A DNA stretch of 62,142 nt from Nitrospirae bacterium MYbin3 (GTDB lineage: Bacteria; Nitrospirota; Thermodesulfovibrionia; Thermodesulfovibrionales; Dissulfurispiraceae). The notes beneath the pieces were generated by a model. It did not search any database, was not told where the DNA came from, and was given only the letters and a program-made list of their open reading frames with translations. Positions within the stretch are counted from its first letter, which is position 1. Each line of letters opens with the position of its first letter. Position numbers and translations under genes: made by a program. Below are positions 58,428 to 62,142 of this stretch, one piece after another. Location of the stretch: contig PEAD01000017.1 of assembly GCA_002753335.1 (NCBI GenBank), positions 1 to 62,142 on the forward strand. Direction: 5' to 3'.

Positions 58428-58477
58428 ATTACCATCACCAATCTGAAACTTTAGTTCGTAAGCAAGGAGGTAACGAA

Positions 58478-58678
58478 ATGGCTAATGGAACAGTTAAGTG
58501 GTTCAATGACTCTAAAGGCTTCGGCTTTATAACAAGCGAAGACGGCAGTGACGTTTTTGTACACCACACATCGATCGTAGGCAGCGGATTTAAATCCCTC
58601 GCCGAAGGCGAATCGGTCAGCTTCGATACAGAAAAGGGACCGAAAGGTCTCAAGGCGATCAACGTTGTAAAACAGTAA
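58478..58678 (+). CDS. Cold-shock protein (CspA family)
   Basis: GTVKWFN..KGFGFI, DVFVH; AAGGAGGT RBS. Confidence 0.97.
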   Translation: MANGTVKWFNDSKGFGFITSEDGSDVFVHHTSIVGSGFKSLAEGESVSFDTEKGPKGLKAINVVKQ

Positions 58679-58693
58679 TCGACCTAAAAAACC

Positions 58694-58728
58694 AAAAGGC
58701 CCCCGCGCTTTGCGCGAGGGCCTTTTTT
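58694..58728. terminator. Bidirectional intrinsic terminator between csp and hsp20
   Basis: AAAAGGCCCCCGCGC-TTT-GCGCGAGGGCCTTTT. Confidence 0.85.
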
Positions 58729-58740
58729 ACGTCCTTTTTT

Positions 58741-59196
58741 TTACGATACTTCTATTTTAATCTCTTTCGGTCTGGCCTCTTCCCTCTTGGGCAGCACTAT
58801 CTCGAGCACTCCATTTTTGAAGGAAGCCTTGGCCTTCTCATTGTCCACCTCAACAGGAAGCGCTATCGCCCTGGTGAAACTGCCGAAGCTTCTCTCGCAG
58901 GCATAGTAGTTTTCTTCCTTTACCTCTTCCTCCTTCTTGATCTCGCCCCTGAGTGTAAGCGAGTCTTTGGTGATGGTAAGGTCTATGTCCTCCTTGGTGA
59001 CACCCGGCAGTTCTGCCTTAACCACGATTTCGTCTGTCCTGTCGAACATCTCGATGTTCGGCACAACAACACTCTGTTCAGGCTTTCTTATCCAGCCTCT
59101 CCTGCGGGCAGGCGTGAAGAAATCTTCAAAAAGCCTGTCCATATCCCTCCTCATCTCTTCCAGCTCCTTTACAGGACTCCATTTTACGATCGACAT
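58741..59196 (-). CDS. Hsp20/alpha-crystallin small heat-shock protein
   Basis: AELPGV.KEDI, ERSFGSFTR, ASFKNGVLEI.LPK; ATG 59196 behind AAGGAGGT. Confidence 0.95.
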   Translation of the reverse strand: MSIVKWSPVKELEEMRRDMDRLFEDFFTPARRRGWIRKPEQSVVVPNIEMFDRTDEIVVKAELPGVTKEDIDLTITKDSLTLRGEIKKEEEVKEENYYACERSFGSFTRAIALPVEVDNEKAKASFKNGVLEIVLPKREEARPKEIKIEVS

Positions 59197-59284
59197 AACT
59201 ACCTCCTTCCTTCCGGCTGCCCTAATGCACTGCCGGAAGCCCAACTATAGTCTTTGTAAGGGCCAAAGGCCCGTTCTTGCCATG

Positions 59285-61912
59285 CTAGGCAGCAGCCTTA
59301 AGTTCATCTATACTGTTAAATTTTATACTGCTGCCGTCGAAATCCACCTCGACCGTATCCCCTTCTTTGACCGAACCGTCCAGTATTCTCATAGCCAAAG
59401 TGTTTAGTATCTCTTTCTGTATCGTTCTTTTGAGCGGACGCGCGCCATATACAGGATCGTATCCCAGTTTGGCTATGTGAGCCTTTGCAGCATCCGTAAG
59501 GCTCAGCTCTATTTTTTTGTCCTGCAGATATTTCTTCATGCGCCCGATCTGAATGCTGACGATATTCTTCAGCAGTTCCTCGGTCAAAGGATTGAATATC
59601 TGTATATCGTCTATCCTGTTCAGGAACTCCGGCCTGAAAAATTTCTTTAGGTCTTCGAGCACCTTTTCTTTCAACTCGTTAGCTCTATTTAACCTCTTAA
59701 CCCTCTCTTCGAGCAGTTCCTGAATATGGCCGCTTCCGATATTGGAGGTCATGATAACCACCGTATTCCTGAAGTCAACCGTCCTGCCGTGGCCGTCGGT
59801 AAGGCGTCCGTCATCCAGCAGCTGAAGCAGTACATTGAAAACTTCGGGATGCGCCTTCTCGACCTCATCAAACAATATCACAGAATATGGCCTTCTCCTT
59901 ACCGCTTCTGTAAGCTGTCCTCCTTCATCATATCCGACATAACCGGGAGGAGCTCCAATCAACCTCGATACAGTATGGCGCTCCTGATATTCGGACATGT
60001 CAACCCGCACAACAGCAGCCTCGTCATCGAACAAAAATTCGGCAAGCGCCTTTGCAAGTTCGGTTTTCCCTACCCCTGTCGGCCCCAGAAAAAGGAACGA
60101 GCCTATCGGTCTGTTCGGATCCTGCACACCGGCCCTTGAACGCCTTATCGCGTTGGACACCGCAACTACAGCCTCTTCCTGACCTATGACCCGGTCTCTC
60201 AGCCTGTCTTCCATCTTTATGAGCTTATGTACTTCACCTTCAAGCATTCTGGAAACCGGTATGCCTGTCCATTTCGACACAACACCCGCAATGTCTTCCT
60301 CGTCAACCTCTTCGCGAAGCATCATCCTGTGAGAATGTGTCTCGTGAAGCCTTGTATTTTCTGCATCCAGAGCCTTCTGAAGCTCAAGAAGCCTGCCGTA
60401 TCTCAACTCTGAAGCCTTTACTAAATTGCCTTCGCGCTCAGCCAGCTCAGATTCGGTCTTCGTTTTTTCTATACGTTCTTTTATATCCCTTATTTTCTGT
60501 ATTACCTCTTTTTCTCCGAGCCACTGGGCCCTGAGCTGATCCCTCTTCCCATTCAGTTCTGCCATCTCTCTCGACATTCTTTCGAGTTTTTCAAGCCCGT
60601 CAGGAGACCGGTCTTTTGATACCGCCTGCTTTTCGATCTCGAGCTGCCTTAATCTGCGTTCAAGTTCGTCAAGCTCCACCGGCATGCTGTCTATCTCCAT
60701 CCTCAGCCTTGCCGCTGATTCATCTATCAGGTCTATAGCCTTGTCCGGCAGAAACCTGTCAGCTATATACCGATGCGAAAGCACCGCAGCCGCTATGAGC
60801 GCAGCATCCTTAATCTTGACTCCGTGATGCACTTCGTACTTGTCATTTATGCCTCTCAATATAGAAATTGTGTCCTCAACCGAAGGCTCCTTCACATAAA
60901 CCGGCTGAAAGCGCCTTTCGAGGGCAGGATCTTTTTCTATGTATTTCCTGTACTCATTCACCGTGGTTGCACCTATGCAGCGGAGCTCGCCGCGCGCAAG
61001 AGCTGGCTTCAGCATGTTGGATGCATCAACGGCGCCTTCTGCTCCGCCCGCCCCGACCAGCGTGTGAAGCTCATCAATGAATGTGATGATTTTGCCTTCC
61101 GACTGCTCTATCTCTTTGAGCACAGCCTTGAGCCTTTCTTCAAATTCGCCCCTGTACTTTGCTCCTGCAACAAGCCCGCCTATGTCTATGCTTACAAGCT
61201 TTTTATCGCGGAGCGTTTCGGGCACATCTCCCGCAACGATTCTCTGTGCAAGCCCCTCGGCTATCGCTGTCTTGCCGACCCCCGGGTCGCCGATTATTAC
61301 AGGATTGTTCTTGGTGCGTCTCGACAGCACCTGAACGACTCTTCGAATCTCTTCATCCCTGCCTATTACCGGATCAATCTTGCCCTTTCTCGCAAGTTCG
61401 GTAAGGTCCTTTCCGTACCTTGCAAGAGCCTGATATTTCTCTTCGGGGTTCGGGTCAGTAACACGGTGAGCCCCGCGTATATCCTTCATTGAAGAAAGGG
61501 CTTTATCGGCAGTAACACCGTATTTCTTAAGCAGATCCGAAGCGTTGGACTGAACATTTATCAGCGCTATCAGTATATGTTCAACGCTTATGAACTCATC
61601 CCCAAGATGGGTTGCCTCATCAAAGGCTTTTTCGAGCACAGTTTTCAGCTTGGGCGATATGTAAATCTGGCCGTAGGCGGTTGCGCCAGACACCTTCGGG
61701 AATTTATCTATCTCTTTTTCTACGTCACCGGCAAGGAGTTTTAGGTCAACGCCAAGCCGCTTCAGTATCTGACAGGCTATGCCCTCATCATCTTGAATGA
61801 GCGCAAAAAACAGATGTTCAGCATCTATCTGCTGATTGCCTTTTCTTTCGGCAAGCTGCTGTGCTGACTGCAATGCTTCCTGGCTTTTCGCCGTCATTTT
61901 ATCTATTCTCAT
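59285..61912 (-). CDS. clpB: Disaggregase ClpB
   Basis: Two AAA modules ([16 protein letters not shown]), long M-domain coiled coil, GYVG pore loop, no IGF loop. Confidence 0.97.
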   Translation of the reverse strand: MRIDKMTAKSQEALQSAQQLAERKGNQQIDAEHLFFALIQDDEGIACQILKRLGVDLKLLAGDVEKEIDKFPKVSGATAYGQIYISPKLKTVLEKAFDEATHLGDEFISVEHILIALINVQSNASDLLKKYGVTADKALSSMKDIRGAHRVTDPNPEEKYQALARYGKDLTELARKGKIDPVIGRDEEIRRVVQVLSRRTKNNPVIIGDPGVGKTAIAEGLAQRIVAGDVPETLRDKKLVSIDIGGLVAGAKYRGEFEERLKAVLKEIEQSEGKIITFIDELHTLVGAGGAEGAVDASNMLKPALARGELRCIGATTVNEYRKYIEKDPALERRFQPVYVKEPSVEDTISILRGINDKYEVHHGVKIKDAALIAAAVLSHRYIADRFLPDKAIDLIDESAARLRMEIDSMPVELDELERRLRQLEIEKQAVSKDRSPDGLEKLERMSREMAELNGKRDQLRAQWLGEKEVIQKIRDIKERIEKTKTESELAEREGNLVKASELRYGRLLELQKALDAENTRLHETHSHRMMLREEVDEEDIAGVVSKWTGIPVSRMLEGEVHKLIKMEDRLRDRVIGQEEAVVAVSNAIRRSRAGVQDPNRPIGSFLFLGPTGVGKTELAKALAEFLFDDEAAVVRVDMSEYQERHTVSRLIGAPPGYVGYDEGGQLTEAVRRRPYSVILFDEVEKAHPEVFNVLLQLLDDGRLTDGHGRTVDFRNTVVIMTSNIGSGHIQELLEERVKRLNRANELKEKVLEDLKKFFRPEFLNRIDDIQIFNPLTEELLKNIVSIQIGRMKKYLQDKKIELSLTDAAKAHIAKLGYDPVYGARPLKRTIQKEILNTLAMRILDGSVKEGDTVEVDFDGSSIKFNSIDELKAAA

Positions 61913-61930
61913 TGTGTCCCTCCTGAAATC

Positions 61931-62142
61931 CTACTCTTCCGAAAATATTGTTTTTAACCTCTTTTCAAATTCTATCCTGATATCATCATCAAGGTATCGC
62001 AGCATTTCGAAAGTCTCGGTCTGGAGCGCTTCCAGCTTCTTTCTCATGCGCAGAATAATATCAACGCCAGCTTTATTAACCCCCATGTCTCGGGTAAGCT
62101 GAATTACGAAGTTCAGCCTTCTGACATCCTCATCAGAATAGA
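61931..62142 (-). CDS. hspR: MerR-family heat-shock repressor HspR-like, 5' end outside the window
   Basis: Manual translation YSDEDVRRLNFVIQLTRDMGVNKAGVDIILRMR...FSEE-stop; directly upstream of clpB. Confidence 0.8.
   Translation of the reverse strand, partial: YSDEDVRRLNFVIQLTRDMGVNKAGVDIILRMRKKLEALQTETFEMLRYLDDDIRIEFEKRLKTIFSEE

Overview
Bacterial chromosomal segment of about 60 genes, with no rRNA and no CRISPR array. Gene content (hgcAB, DVU0772-family protein, ferredoxin:thioredoxin reductase, a magnetochrome-motif cytochrome, many PAS hybrid kinases) suggests an anaerobic Nitrospirota/Thermodesulfovibrionia-like or deltaproteobacteria-like organism; this is inference only. The left end (1-2496) is a decayed island at the 3' end of tRNA-Ala(GGC): a transposon end cutting an AAA ATPase gene, a Fic gene, and two stacked tyrosine-integrase tails with att-like motifs. 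Next come the mercury-methylation genes hgcAB, embedded between a large PAS kinase plus sigma-54 regulator and a second hybrid kinase. Housekeeping genes include panC, glgC, an archaeal-type ATP-dependent ligase, bioW, pdxJ, dinG, pcm, recG, nusA, rimP, csp, hsp20, clpB and hspR. An AT-rich 5.2 kb island (20336-25571) is bounded by a perfect 14-bp direct repeat resembling the tRNA-Ala 3' end. Also present: an Mce/Mla cluster with a degenerate ATPase and a YihY-cNMP fusion, a MoeA-YeeE-TusA-kinase run, and an ethylene-receptor-like kinase. Best signals missing from the ORF track: two convergent neighbouring genes each split by one in-frame UGA. One is an exported rhodanese with a clear SECIS-like hairpin (likely selenoprotein); the other is an unknown 270-aa membrane-anchored protein (candidate new selenoprotein or nonsense mutant). 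All calls come from reading motifs by eye; no searches were run.
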